This document shows positions 14,048 through 27,355 of a stretch of 64,000 nt of DNA, piece by piece. The position numbers were made by a program, and so were the translations under genes. The notes under the pieces were generated by a model, which ran no database searches, had not been told where the DNA came from, and worked only from the letters and a program-made list of their open reading frames with translations. Location: assembly GCA_039545335.1 (NCBI GenBank), contig BCIN01000003.1:558001-622000 (forward strand), given 5' to 3'. This DNA comes from Kondoa subrosea (lineage: Eukaryota). Positions within the stretch are counted from its first letter, which is position 1. The number at the start of each line of letters is the position of its first letter.

Positions 14048-17033
14048 TTATGCTGGTACCAGGCGCAAACGCGGGAAATCGCTCAGCTCGATGTAGTCTA
14101 CCTTGGTGCGCGTTTCCGTCCCGATTGGTATCAGTTTTTTGTCCAGCGCAGCAGGAATTTGCACAGAGGCGTCCAGACCGAGTGACGGTATGTAACAGTC
14201 GTATATTATTGTTGAGTCGTAGTAGATCAACCCTCTGCACCCAGTAACGATTGCTGTCAAATCACCAAAGATGGAGTTCAGGGCGTCAGTGCGATCATTT
14301 AGCCATTTTTGGTAGTTGTGTTTGACTACATAAAGCGACCAAAAGAGTTCTGCTCGTTTGCCTAATCGTTTGAGATTCACTTGTTTTGCTGGAAACGTCT
14401 GCGTAAGGAGGTTCTGCATGTCTGACCTAGAATGAGGTGGTTTGGATTTCAACATAGCCGACTTGATCTGCCAATGCGCCAGCAGATCCGCGTAACGCCG
14501 CAATGGACTTGTAACGCGAGTATAGCCAAATTCGTCGGAAAAGCCCAGATTCCAGTGTTGACTCGGATCAGCAGATATACTGCTGGCAGCGAATTGCACG
14601 CTGTTCCTGATATTGTAGTAATCCATAACGCTGACCTGACCAGTCCGAGGATTGCGGGTAGCCAACAGAGATTGTAGCGCTTGCAAATCTCCCTTAGGCG
14701 CCTCTTGCTTTAAAAAGGGAACACTTAGATTGTGCTTTACAGCATATTCTGCTGCAGCGCGGTTTCCTTGTATCATTAATTCAGACACCAGCGTTTGCGC
14801 AGGAGACGATGTATCAAATGATTCCAAATTGCTGCCTGAGTCCGGTATGAAGAGATCCACATGCGGCGTCCCAGAATGGAGTACTGGCTTGGGCAGCTGG
14901 TTAGGAGTCGCGCGAACGCCAGAGGTGCGAAGATGTACCGACGAGCTGTTGAGTGCCCAAAAGACTGTATCGGTATGCTGCACTTTGTGAGCACGAAGGG
15001 TATGCGCCAATCGGGAAAGAATGGATAGGTTCTGATGATCAATAGAGTCGAGCTCTGCAAGCTGACGAGATGGTGGGTCCTGAACATGAACTTCTTCAGA
15101 ACGAGTTGACAGGATTGATTTAGGTTTTGATGAGGAGTGAAAGTTGAGCAGCTTATCCACTGCCGAATAGGTAGTCCGCTTCACATTGCGAATAATACTG
15201 GCAGTGACGTTGGTCTCTACGATTGCGCCATCTTCCGCTATACGAGAGCTGAATGTCATAACACGCTGTGGCCCGTCGATTGCTCCTAAGCTGAGATGAT
15301 TCTCCTGTACGAACGAAGCTGGCATAAGGGGTAGATTGCATTCTGGAAAGTAAAGAGATTCTTTCTTTGCAGCTGCTGCGAGAGCGATTGGATGTTCAGC
15401 AGATAGGATAGAAGTTGGATCTGCTACGAAAGCATGAATCCACCACGTTGATTGTCCATTGACTGGGGAGGCCTCTTCGATTGATAGACCGTCATCCAAT
15501 TCCACCGCGCCGGGATCATCGATTGTGTACACTGGAAGATTTCCTCTATCGATTCGTATCGAATCAAGTCCATCCACTATGCTCGCAGCAGGCCAACTGT
15601 TGATCTGACCGATCTTCGCAAGTTCTGTAGTTTCGATTATAGCCAGATTCTCCCATGGCGCGTACAGTCCGATGTCTTTCATTAATTGCAGCACATGTCG
15701 ATCCACAGATTCTGTCTCAAGTGCGTCTGCCGACCGAATTCCCTTGACAATTGCGGCAATAGCGATAGTATATATTGGGAATTGGAGGGCTCGAGCCACT
15801 CGAATGCCTTTCTTCAGAAACCGGATGACTACTTGATCGGTCTCAGACCATATAGGTAAATTCGATAATTCGAGTTGCTTCGGTTCGGATTCCAAAGACA
15901 CAGAGGGTAATTGCTGGCGAATAGCGAGAATTTGTTTAGCTTTGTCAGTGAACGCTTGAAACTCTGCCGATTCACTCTGAACCCATTCGTTGACCTTCTT
16001 GATATCTTGGACATCGTTAAAAGACCGAAGAGTGAAAGTACCGGTTATCTTCAGATCAGTTGGATCAGCAATGAAGTGGACATGATCGTCAATCAGGCGC
16101 TGGTGAATTGCTCTCTTCAATGCATCATTCTCGAGCTGTGAAGTAGGTCCAACTCGCTGTTTCAGAATATCGGAATACAGCTGATCGGTAGAAAGAATAC
16201 AGGACCTGTCTGGATCTTGATCTCGATATTTATGATATATTTGACTAGAAAGTATCAGAGATGGATGATGCAATTGGCGAAGATAGAGTGATTCTTCGGC
16301 TCTTAATTTCTTCAAGACCATTCTTCTCGCTTTCAATTCCTCAGGTCTGAGCTTCTCCGACAATTTTGAATCGCCCGAAACAGCAATCGGTTCATCTTCG
16401 CTCTCGGACGGCTGATGCTGAGCCTGAAAACCTTGACCCATTCCAGATTTTCCAGCCTGTTGTGCTAGATAATTCTCGACATCAATTGCTGCAGCAGCCA
16501 TCTCTGGATCGACAAAATTCTTTTGAATGTATTGAACTTGCCGTTGCTGGTTCGGCGTGACAAAACCAGAGCCGATGCAAAGAAGAACAACATCGAAGGG
16601 GCCAATGCCAACGACTACGCCGGTGGTCGGTATGCCTAGCCTGAGGACAAGAGTTGTCAGTAGATACTCCTGAGGAGATGGACCATACTTACGAGCGGGT
16701 CTCGATTAAATCCCCTACTGCAATCTGACCATCTGTTGTTGCCCATGTTTTGCTGATATCGGAAACAGGCAGAGAGGCGATAGAGGAATCGAGGCGTATC
16801 GTCGAGGTAGAGAACGAGCGGCCTGAAGACAGAGAATCGCTAGACTGCCTTGCTGTCGTACTTGTCTTTCGTAACGAACGCAGCGAGAAATTACAAAGAT
16901 TCACATCGGAGGATGACGTGAAGCTATTCAGAGAGTGTGCGTGCTTCGTACGACTTGCTACCGGTGATTTGCCCAGACATAAACATTTTTGCTTGACCTT
17001 GAGTAAACCATTGCGACCACGGCAGAAGAGCAT
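14048..17033 (-). CDS. Mitochondrial RNB-domain exoribonuclease II (Dss1/Cyt-4-like)
   Basis: VYTIDDPGAVELDDGLS catalytic motif, ADPT, LVSELMI, YTRVTSPLRRYADLLAHWQIK; Arg/Ser/Lys-rich N-terminus like a targeting peptide. Confidence 0.88.
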
Positions 17034-17167
17034 CCGCTAGGCAGATTGTGTGAGAAAGCCTACTGAAGCATCTGCTACGTCGCTCACCTATAGCTTTAGT
17101 ATAGCACAGCACCCAAGATCTCAATTCCTGCAAACACTGGTATTGGCCTTGATTTGACGAGCGAATT

Positions 17168-18301
17168 ATGGCCAAGCGCAAGAGAACCTCTGTTGTAGTG
17201 GATGGGGAACAGGACGATAGCCAACCAGATGCCTTGATCGGTACTACAATCCACTTTGGTCAAACTGTTGAAGACGAAGATGCACCTCGAGGTGGAACAT
17301 CGCAAGTCTTGCCTGTTGAGGAATTACCCGATGGCTGGGATGGCGAATTTGACAATGGAATGCAGTATCTCTATCATGTTAGGTGAGTTGAGCACCTTCA
17401 TACATGCCAATCAAGTCAGTGTCTGATTACTGATGTGCCAGACAGCAAGCATCGACGAGCCCTGCCGTAGTGCGTGTGGACAATCCTTATGCTACTTCAT
17501 CGTCTGCAGCAACTGCTGCCGGATCTTCATTTTCTGGCCAGCTGTCGTCGATAGACTATCAGAAACCAGCTGAAGAAACCAAATCTGCTTTCGTTGAGCA
17601 GTTCAAGGCTTTAAGACAGTCAATCAGGAACGGAGACGCGCCTCCAGTCCTCGATTCCTGGTACTATCCTATTCCAGGCAATGATGAAGCTCAATGGAAG
17701 AATTACATTTACGGCAAGAAGCCCAAAGGGATCTCTCAGGCTACATTGGACGCTTCCGAGAATTCCACAACACAAGAAGCAGAACTGCGCTGCAAGCCAA
17801 AAGAACCTTCACCAGAGTTACTCAACACTATACCTACAGTGAGTTCTGCTCTCGTACCTAATTCTCACCTCTTGCTAATCTCTCTGATTCTTTTATTAGA
17901 ACCTTCATATTACCGTTCTCATGTATCTCACGCAATGGCTAGCAGAGCGATTCAATCCACCTTCAACATCTTTTGTACCAAGACGAGCAGTCAAAACACA
18001 TCCTTCTTCTTCTTTAGCATCTTCCTCTTCTGTCAAACCTCGCCTGATACTACCTGATCTAGACTCTCAATGGATCTTCAGTCTTCTTTCAGCCATAGAC
18101 ACTGTTCTGACTTCAGATGACATATCCAACGTTAGGGATTTGGGCAAGACTTGTTTGCAAGCGATAAAATTATTGCCCGATCTGCATAAGGGTGTCAAAG
18201 GAGCGGAACAGCAGTTGGAAGATCAACTAAACGGATTATGGATGATCGTCGGTGTGGTTTCCGAGATATTTGGGCAGAAGGATCTCTGGAGTGAGCTATA
18301 G
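17168..18301 (+). CDS. Gemin2/SIP1 (Brr1-like) SMN-complex protein
   Basis: GMQYLYHVR..., C-terminal QWIFSLLSAIDTVLTSDDISNVRDLGKTC and WMIVGVVSEIFGQKDL, typical of Gemin2. Confidence 0.8.
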
Positions 18302-18377
18302 CAGTGGCCATGCGGCGAGAGTAGTAGCTGTGCAAAGCAGCGCAAAATGTAGAATACACTCCATACAGTCATTAGAG

Positions 18378-19562
18378 AAAGTCAAAACTACTTGTAGCAA
18401 GCGGGAAAGCCAATGATGCTCGAAATGAAGGTTGTTTATTGCAACACAGAGGATTAATCACACACGATAAAAGTTTCTATAATGAAAGCCAACACAACAA
18501 CAAAATACTTTAATGCGAAAAGAGCATGATGCTTCCAAAATGTTTAAGTGAGATCAATGACCGTGTCCACCTCCACCACTGCTCGACTCCTTCTCGTTTA
18601 ATAACGCAACCTCTGTTGTAACAAATCAGAATTTCGTTCAATCAGAAAACAGTCAAGAAGAAAAACGCACGATCGACGAATGACCAACTGTCCGCTTCTT
18701 TGTTGTGCACAGCGGTGAGTCTTTGAATTTCCGCAGCGAAATCTTCGAAGACAGTCTAAAATAGGGAGAGGAGTCAGCAAGACAGCTTTGCATTACAGTA
18801 CTTCGACTCACGTTCTTCTTGCCCTTTTCTCTGCGACCGAGGTTAGCCAACCATGGAATAGCGTTGAGGATAGTGTAGATCTGAGGATGAAGTCAGCTCT
18901 GTTTCAGGCAAGAACGGAAAGACAACTCACCAAAGCGCAAATAACAACGACACCGAACGAGTAGATCCAGATTCTCACGACGGTGACAATATCAGTCCAG
19001 CCTCCACGTGGTGCAGTAAGTTCATTGCGTTGTGGTGTGCCAGCGAGCCATCCGAACAAGGTGAAGATGGAAGCGAGAATATCGACACCAAGAATGGCAC
19101 CTGCCGATGAGGAGTTAATATAGTACTAAAAGCGCTCTCAAGATGACGTACCAGTCAATTGCCAAGATGGTAATGTTCCTCCACCACGAGTAACAAAGAT
19201 CAACCAGTTCTCAGTAAGGGCGACTTCCAAGAACAAGATCGATTGGACGTTGCCGAAGTTCTGGACAACACCGTGACCGCCCTGTTTCTCGACGCGTTAG
19301 CACACAACGAGAACTAATCAAGAGAATCAACGTACGAAGATGATACCTTTGGCGTAACCTTGCTCATCGCCGACGAAGAGAGTACCACGCAAGATCCAGG
19401 TTCCCATAGCGAGCAAAACACCCATGATAGAGGAGATAATCCAGACTTAAGGAAGAAGACTCATTAGCGGTGCTCGATGGAAGGCCGAAAACAGAGACTC
19501 ACTCTTAGGTTGTTGCCATTCGACAGGTTGTTTGGCGACGGGAGCGTTATCGTAAGCCTATT
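18378..19562 (-). repeat. Left arm of ~1.2-kb inverted repeat (PMA1 3' exons, introns and 3'UTR)
   Basis: Reverse complement aligns colinearly with 31245-32428. Confidence 0.95.
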
Positions 19563-22500
19563 AAGTCGAGTGAGCAGAGGTGCCATTGTAAGCTCTGCAA
19601 CTGTTGAGCTTACAATGGCAATTGTTGCCACATCGGCGAAGATAGCCAAGAAGACAATCAAGTCGACTCGGATAACTTCGTTGAGGATGAGGATCGACAA
19701 GGTCAAGTAGATTTCCAAGTGCAAGCACAGAGCGATACGGTATTCGATGTAAGCTAGAGAGGAGGATTGAGCAAGAGTCGATTTCAAAAACAGATAGAGC
19801 TCACCCTTCATTCTGTGGAAAATTTCACGAGATACTTTGATGGAAGTAATGATGGTAGATAGACCTTCGTCAAGGAAGACGACATCGGCAGCAGCACGAG
19901 CAGCGTCAGTGGCACCCTAAACAGAACAAATCAGTGAAAACTAAATCCCCAAGATAAAGAAGCTCACTTCGACGGCAATACCGCAATCAGCTCGCTTGAG
20001 TGAAGGAGCATCGTTGGTACCATCACCAGTCATGGCGACTAAGTGATGACGGTCTTGCAAGAGTTCGACGACTTGGTACTTGTGTTCAGGGTAAACTTCA
20101 CCGAAACCATCGGCAGCTTCAACGAAATCGTGAATGGTGGAACCAGACATGCCGTCGCCTCCGGAAATGAGCTTCTGCGAATCGTAGACTTTGGTACCGA
20201 CACCGAGTTGCTTGCAAGTTTCGATAGCGATGGCTACAGCGTCACCGGTTAACATCTTGACCTTGATTCCCAAAACACCGGCTTCACGGATGGTGGAAGC
20301 AGTGTCCCCACGAGGAGGGTCGAACATAGGCAAGAGACCAAGAAGCTTCCATTTGCCATCTTCGTTTAGAGCAACACCCAAAGATCTGAAACCTCGCTTG
20401 GCGAAAGTCATAGTGCGAGCACGGTAAGAGTCGGCTTCTTCCTTTGGAGGTTGGCAAAGCTTGAGAATAGCGTTTGGTGCACCCTTGGCAGCGATGTATT
20501 GTTTACCGTTCTTTGTGACTTCAGCAGTGATACGCTTGGAGACAGGGTCGAAAGGAGTGAACTTTTGAGTTGTCCAGCCTTCACGGAGATGATCTTGAGC
20601 TCGTGGGTACTTGGCAAGAGTTTGGATAGTGACTTTGTCGATAGGATCAAGAGATTTGACAGAGTGGGATGAAGCCAATGCAGCAACCGCCATCATCCAT
20701 TCCATCTCAACACCTTCACACACATATGGTTCGTCAATAGAAAGCTTGTTTGCTGTGAGTGTTCCTGTCTTGTCTGAGCAAAGAATGTCGACACCGGCCA
20801 AAGCTTCAATGGCGGTAAGCTTTTGAACAATAGCTTGTCTTTTTGCAAGGTAAGCAGCTCCGACGGCGAGAGTGGTAGTAGTGACGCAAGGAAGACCGAC
20901 TGGTACACCGATGATCAAGAAGATAAGAGAGTAGACGAGCAAGTTGTTATCTTTAGGTCTGGTAATGCCAACTGATCTGAAGAAACCACCGATCCAGACG
21001 ATGAGGAGCCATACAACGACGAAGACCAGAAGAGCTGTTCCGATTTGAGTCATGACAATTTGGAAATGACCCTTTCGGTTTTCGCCAGAAACGAGAGCTG
21101 CAGTTTTACCGACGAAAGTAGATTTTGCGGTTTCGGTGACCAACATGTAACATTCACCTCGCTTGCAACCGGTAGTGAAGAAGAGGACATCGCCAACGTG
21201 CTTGTCAACAGCGAGAGATTCACCTGAAAGTACGTATTGAGATTAGATTGCGCAAGAGTCAAAGGTATGAGAACTCACCAGTGATACCAGATTGATCAGC
21301 TGACACAATTGGTGGCCCTCTGTCAACTCCTTCTTCATCGTGATCTTCCTTTTCGTTGTCTGCCATGGCGGCCTTTCGGCGAGCGTTTTCAATACCTTGC
21401 AAGATGCGACGAGCAGCAGATCCATCCTTGTCTTCGTAGTCGGCAAGGACTTTGCCATCAGCTGGAATAGTTTGACCGTCCTGAAGAGAGGAAAAATTAG
21501 AATAGGTACGGATGAACCTTGAAAGCAAAGAAACTAACAGAGACGATGACAATATCACCTGGCACAATTTCTCGTGCTTCCATTTCATGCTCTTGACCAT
21601 TTCTGATGACTGTTGCTCTGAGCGCGATACCAGACTTGAGTTGTTCTACGATATCTCCAGCAGCCTTTTCTTGATACCAACCGACGAAGGCGTTCTATGA
21701 CTCGGCATAAAAGGCTGTACGAGTATGCAGTGCACGGACAGCGCTTACAAGGAATAGAATACCAATAATCACACCGAAATCTGAGGTGGACAAGAAAAGA
21801 ATAAGCAAGAAGATCTCGACATTTCTATTTTTAGAGGACTGACCAATCCAATCTTCCAAACCTGCAGCCAGTACTACTGCAATTTCCATGACGTATAGAA
21901 TAGGACCCTGCAGAGTTGAGAAACAGGAGGTCAGAAAAGCAGCATTCGAAAGAGCAAGAAAACATACAGTGAAGAAGGAAAGGAACTTGACAAACATGTT
22001 TTCCCTCTTTGATTCGAGCTCGTTCCAGCCTGCAAGAGCTCTCCTCTTTTTGACTTCTTCTTCCGAAAGACCCCTTCTCATGTCAGTATCGAGCCTTTGT
22101 ATAATGGAGTAAGCATGTTTCATGTTAAACAAACAAACAAAATGCACTCACCATGATTCCGGAGTCTTGAAGGCAGATGAGGCAGCGACAACGTTGCCAT
22201 CCTTGTCGATGGTAACTTTGTTTTTCTTCCAAGGCATGTACCAGACTCTTTTGTATTCAGTCTTGTTTCCACCTTCTTCTTCATCGCCACCACCTGAGCG
22301 GCGAGCGTTGGCAGAATCTTGAATGTATTGAAGAAGGTTGGAGTATTCTTGGTTGCCAGCATCGGGAGCAGACTCATGTTTGCCGTAATCTCCGTTGTGA
22401 GCGGTGCCAGCTCGGGTCTCGTCTGATGAAGGATGTGAGCGATCAGAAGAGGAAGAATGGACTGGTGCTGCTTTTTCTTCAAATTCAGGTAAACGCGGTG

Positions 22501-22636
22501 CAGCTTGACGAGTGGCAACTTGAGGTTGAGCCACTATGTGTTGAGGCGTTCCATGGATATTCTGGTGAGCAACGTTGCCTTGGGAGACGAATTCGTCACC
22601 AACGACGTTGTTGTGAGGTTGATAGCCTTGAGACAT
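18554..22636 (-). CDS. PMA1: Plasma-membrane H+-ATPase (P3A), full-length copy
   Basis: [25 protein letters not shown] phosphorylation site, [34 protein letters not shown]; spliced C-terminus ...[22 protein letters not shown]. Confidence 0.97.
19581..19620. repeat. Perfect 15-bp inverted repeat with 10-nt spacer spanning a PMA1 5' splice site
   Basis: tgccattgtaagctc-tgcaactgtt-gagcttacaatggca; arms are exact reverse complements. Confidence 0.95.
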
Positions 22637-23875
22637 TATTTGAGATAAGGTGCGGAGAAGCGAGAAATATTAGTGTCTGTAGGAGATATAAATCAGGCTG
22701 CCGTCGATGGGCAAGGGCAGCAGTGAGACGAACAAAGTAGGATGTATTAGTATACTTAGTAGCCCGAAGACCGATTAGCTGTACTTGATGTTTCGAAGTC
22801 AAGCGGGAAGAAAAGGAGACACAAGGTTCAAGAGGGACGAAAGAGACGTGAGGGCAAGAGCCTCGTTAGACACTTGCAGCTATGTAGACTGTGCGGTGTC
22901 TGAGGGCGGCCGAGGGTCTTGCTGGTGAGAGTGAGAAAGGTGGTGGAAGAGAGAAGACGAAATCAAGGCTAGGAAAGGAAGTACTTCCGGCTAAGCCGTC
23001 TTTGTTGATTTTCGAACTTCGCTCAGAAAAAAACAACACAAGCTTCCTGAGAAGATACAAAGCTCTTCAATCTGACCAGCCAAGTAGACGCTTTGCAGTC
23101 TGCTTTGCAATATCCGCAGATCATCACATCCACAGCAAAGCGCTGTAATTTTGTCCCCAAAGACTTTAATAGACTCATTTTCGGCATCTCGAAAATTCTT
23201 ATCCATTTCCAGTGCTACTCCATCTACTGCATCGTACTTGTAATTCTCTCATCCCTCTTTACATGTAATGATTCTGCCCATCTTATCTTTGCGTGCTATA
23301 ATTCCGGCCGAAGGCTCAGGACGTGGCAGAGACTTTTTCCACATAATCTCGGTCTACATTGTTTCTCGACCTGTAGTCACGGATAAATTCCTGACTACTG
23401 ATACGATAAGGTGGGCAAGCGTTTCTTCCGTGCTACATGAAATTTTCTTTCTAGCCATCTCCTTTTCCGTGCTCGCTTCTAGCCATCTTCTGCCATGGCA
23501 GTGGACTGTGAGTCATCAACATTTTGACACCGGCCGTGACATCTTCCTTCTCATCTCCTGTCTCTGAAACCTGAAGATGATAACTCGATACGCTGACTTC
23601 GGCAGAAACATAATACAGGAGCTCCTTCAGATCCTTCGGCGATCGATCATAATATGAGATAGGTCAAAGCTGGGCGTCTTAGGTAGACTTGGCTTGCCAG
23701 ATCAAGGAAAGGTAAAAGAGATGCACGCGACGCGTCTTGTTTAATGTAATTTTATGCGAGAGTACAATATCTCTATAGCCTTCGTTGATTGCTGTAAACG
23801 CAATAGTACTTCTCTGTCTGTTTGACTCGCTTGACATCGACTACAATGTTGATTTGCACATCCTCACTTTCAACC

Positions 23876-25067
23876 ATGACTCAAATTAAGAAAGTAGGCG
23901 TACTAGGCGCAACAGGCATGCTTCCGTTCTAAAGATGCCACGCAGGCACTCATTCTTGCAAACAGGCACTGTCGGACAGCGCTTTATAGTGCTATTGGCT
24001 GCACATCCATATTTTAAATTGTCTGTTCTTGGCGCATCACCTCGCTCAGCAGGTAAAGCCTACGGATCCAGCGTCAACTGGAAACAGACTGTACCGATAC
24101 CTGAAGCTGCTCAAGGCTTGATTATCAAAGAATGCAAGGCTGAAGAGTTCAAAGATTGCGATGTTGTCTTTTCTGGCTTGGATCACGACGTAGCGGGTCC
24201 AATAGGTCAGTCTCGAGTCTACATTTTTGTACTCTTCTGTACTCAAGTGTTGTACATCTGACAGAGGACGAATTCAGGAAAGCGGAGCTGGCAGTCTTTA
24301 GCAATGCGAAAAACTTTCGTCGAGATCCTTTGGTCCCTCTTATCGTTCCTCTGGTCAACACAGATCATTTCTCTATCTTACCTCATCAGCAATCTCAACT
24401 TTCCTTGAAGAAAGGTTTCATCATTACAAACGCAAATTGTTCCACTACTGGACTGGTTGTACCGCTCAAAGCACTAGAAGATGCTTTCGGTCCTCTAGAT
24501 ACAATCATCTGCACTACTTTGCAAGCTGTATCAGGTGCTGGCTATCCTGGTGTTTCAGTCATCGATATCATGGATAACGTAGTTCCTTACATTGGAGGAG
24601 AAGAAGAGAAGATTGAATGGGAAACCTCAAAGATCTTAGGCGGGCTATCTTCAGATTCTACCTCTTTCGATCTCAGACAATCTGAACCAATCAAAGTTTC
24701 TGCGACATGTACAAGAGTACCAGTGCTGGATGGTCATACTGGAGTTGTTTCTGTCAAATTCAAGAAACAACCTGCACCTTCTATAGAAGAAATCAACAAA
24801 GTGTTTAGAAATTATACTTGCGAAGCTCAGAAATTGGGTTGTCCTTCAGCACCGAAACAAGCTATCGTAGTACATGAGCAACCAGATAGACCGCAACCGA
24901 GGTTGGACAGGTATTATCAGGATGGAGCGGGAGTGAGCGTGGGAAGAGTGAGAGCTTGTCCGGTCATGGATATCAAGTTTGTCTTGCTTTCTAACAATGT
25001 CTCGATTGGCGCGGCTACATCAAGTATCATCAACGCGGAGTATGCGGTTGCAAAGGGGATTGTTTAG
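23876..25067 (+). CDS. HOM2: Aspartate-semialdehyde dehydrogenase
   Basis: VGVLGATGTVGQRF, SNAKNFR, NANCSTTG (catalytic Cys), QAVSGAG, CTRVPVLDGH, PDRPQPRLDR. Confidence 0.96.
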
Positions 25068-25369
25068 AGCGGGCAAAAAAAACCTTCAGTAAATGAAAAT
25101 GGCCAGCTTGCATTAGAACATAAATCATCTTGATTGAGTCGATCGAAGAGACAATGTACCCAATGTAATCTGGGGGACAGCGATAGTCAAGCAATTCAAT
25201 CGAATCTAGTAAATCCACAGCATGGGGCAGGAAACAACATTAGGCCGTCCCTGCTACTACTCCCTCGCTTTGGACAAATAGTTCCTTGGAGGTGACACTG
25301 GTCGCAAAGATGCTGACGCAATTGCAGTACCACGCTCGTCTTCAGTTTGAAATTCAGCTGCCGAAGGTG

Positions 25370-26238
25370 TTAGACCGTGCAAAGGATCCCCATCAACAGA
25401 GGCGTACCAATGACTTCACCGTCCTCAACAAGACAGGCCGTTCTCTTCCATCCTTCCTGAAGGACGATGGCAAATGCATTATCAATCCGATTTGGTGCCA
25501 AGTTGGCCAAAGCCTCTCCGCACTTGACAAGAGCTTCCGCGCGACGACTTACAGGAAGACCGACCGACCAACGACTGACCATTCTACAGTGTAGTGCCTG
25601 TACAGCGTGAGAGCTGTATTTGGTGATTAAGTCTTCTGCCGCGACATTATTGAAATGCTTCGTAGCGTCGGCAATCTTCCCTATAATCCTTTGTTCGAAG
25701 ATGTTGGGAGCAGCGTATCTTCTGTGAGCCCATAGAATGTGCAACATGATTCCTGTCCATTCGCACCAGATCTTATGAACAGCTTGAATGTCTGCAGAGT
25801 GCTTGGGCTGCTCTTGGACGTAGGCCAGAATGAAGTTGATGTTCTCAACCTTGGCGTGAACATGAGTCCAGGCTAGCTCAAGGCTCTCTTTGAATTTATC
25901 TTTCGGCCAGTCAGTATGGTTGATCAGATGCTGAACCAGATCGAAGCAGGTCACTATCTATAAGTGAGCAGCAGTATATGACTGCAGATACGAGAGCAGG
26001 CTTACTATAGGGGTGATTGTTCGGACCTTGTAAACCGTCAATTTCCGCAGTATTATGCACCGGTTTGTTGGCATGATCGTAGATCATGGGAGCGTCGCCC
26101 AAGGGGTGTAGACCCGTTGGTTGAACATGGTGAAGACCTCGTGGCGCATATTCACTGACCAAAGATACTAGTTCAGAGATCAGCCCGATCAAAAGATAAA
26201 ACGATCCACGGACAGTGCGTCGAAGGAGTATTCGCCAT
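25370..26238 (-). CDS. Orphan hypothetical protein (~250 aa, 3 exons)
   Basis: Spliced MANTPSTH/LSLVSEYAPRG...SKPAL/IVTCFDLVQHLINH...; GT-AG introns with branch points; upstream TATA box. Confidence 0.55.
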
Positions 26239-26333
26239 GTTATGAAGACAGATGACAAAGAAGCACAAATTGTATGATTCGAGCCAAATGAATGCGGGAG
26301 CGAGTAAAGAGAGAGGAAGATAGATACCGACTC

Positions 26334-26340
26334 TTTTATA
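26334..26340 (-). promoter_or_regulatory. Canonical TATA box (TATAAAA) about 95 nt upstream of the orphan gene ATG
   Basis: + strand ttttata = TATAAAA on -, followed by a CT-rich leader. Confidence 0.5.
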
Positions 26341-27355
26341 GACAATCTGGCAAGAAGACAAACTCGGATAACATTGGGTACCTAGTTCAGAGATGATCTT
26401 CCAGAAGACAACTTCCTCAAGCTTGATCAAAGATGTAAATTTTTCCACAAAAGCGAATGAAGCCAAAAGTTCGCGTTCCAGTGCTAAGCGCAATGACCGA
26501 GTCTGATTGAAAAAGAAAAGAGATAGGACTTGGTCGATATGCGAGAAGATTTGTTCTCGTCGAGCTTCTTGTACAACTGCATTGTACCTTTATTACAGAG
26601 ATGGAAGCTTCCTGTCCAGAAATAGACTGATCAGGAAGAGAGAAGGGGCAAGCCTAAGTCGAGATTTATAGCACGGAAGGTAGAGCTAAAAGAGGATCTC
26701 CAGCTTATCTTTCGATCCAGCTCATTCGGAAGATCAGCTGGACAGACGCAGGACTCCAAGGTTTCTGGGTATTGTAGAGGTCTTCGGACTTTGGAGCAGC
26801 AAAGGATGTCTCATCATATAGGCGGCTTCAATTCTCCTTTGCTTTCCAAGTTGAACCGCACGTTTCTGCGAAATCGATTCAGCGATGTCTCAGTGACTCG
26901 AAGTCGAATTACCTCTGGTAATTTGACCACAGCTCCGTTACGGCAGCGGTATTCTCGTTGTGCTTGTTGATCTCCTGCAGCAAAAGGTCAGCTCGCTTCG
27001 AATTGGCAGAAGATTACTCACCTCGAGGGATCGCGTCAATTCGACCATGGCTTCATTGAGCTTCTCCTATTCCGGTCTTCAGCAAAGGCCGGACCATACG
27101 AATGCGCGTTACGAACTACATTGCCTATCATTCTCGATAGCAACACGACCTTCACATTGAAGCCAAATCAGCGATATGCCCAGTGCATCCCTCTCGGACT
27201 CACCTGCTGCTCCTCATAAGGATTATCCATCCGCTACGAGCCACTGTACAGCTTGATCTTGGTGGTCCTTCCCTTAGCTCCGCGATAAACAAATGGCAAT
27301 TGCGCGATTGCTGCATGCATGATATTTTTCCTGGTTCTCTCAAACCAGACTCAAG

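Noticed and set aside
20043..21227. Several + strand ORFs antisense to PMA1
   Set aside because: Shadow ORFs expected from the codon bias of a highly expressed gene
23725..23735. ACGCGACGCGT MCB-like element upstream of HOM2
   Set aside because: Short motif that could occur by chance; no functional evidence from sequence alone
25370..25390. C-terminal ...ILCTV* as a CAAX pheromone/prenylation signal
   Set aside because: Cys is only third from the end, and the protein is too long and non-repetitive for a pheromone precursor
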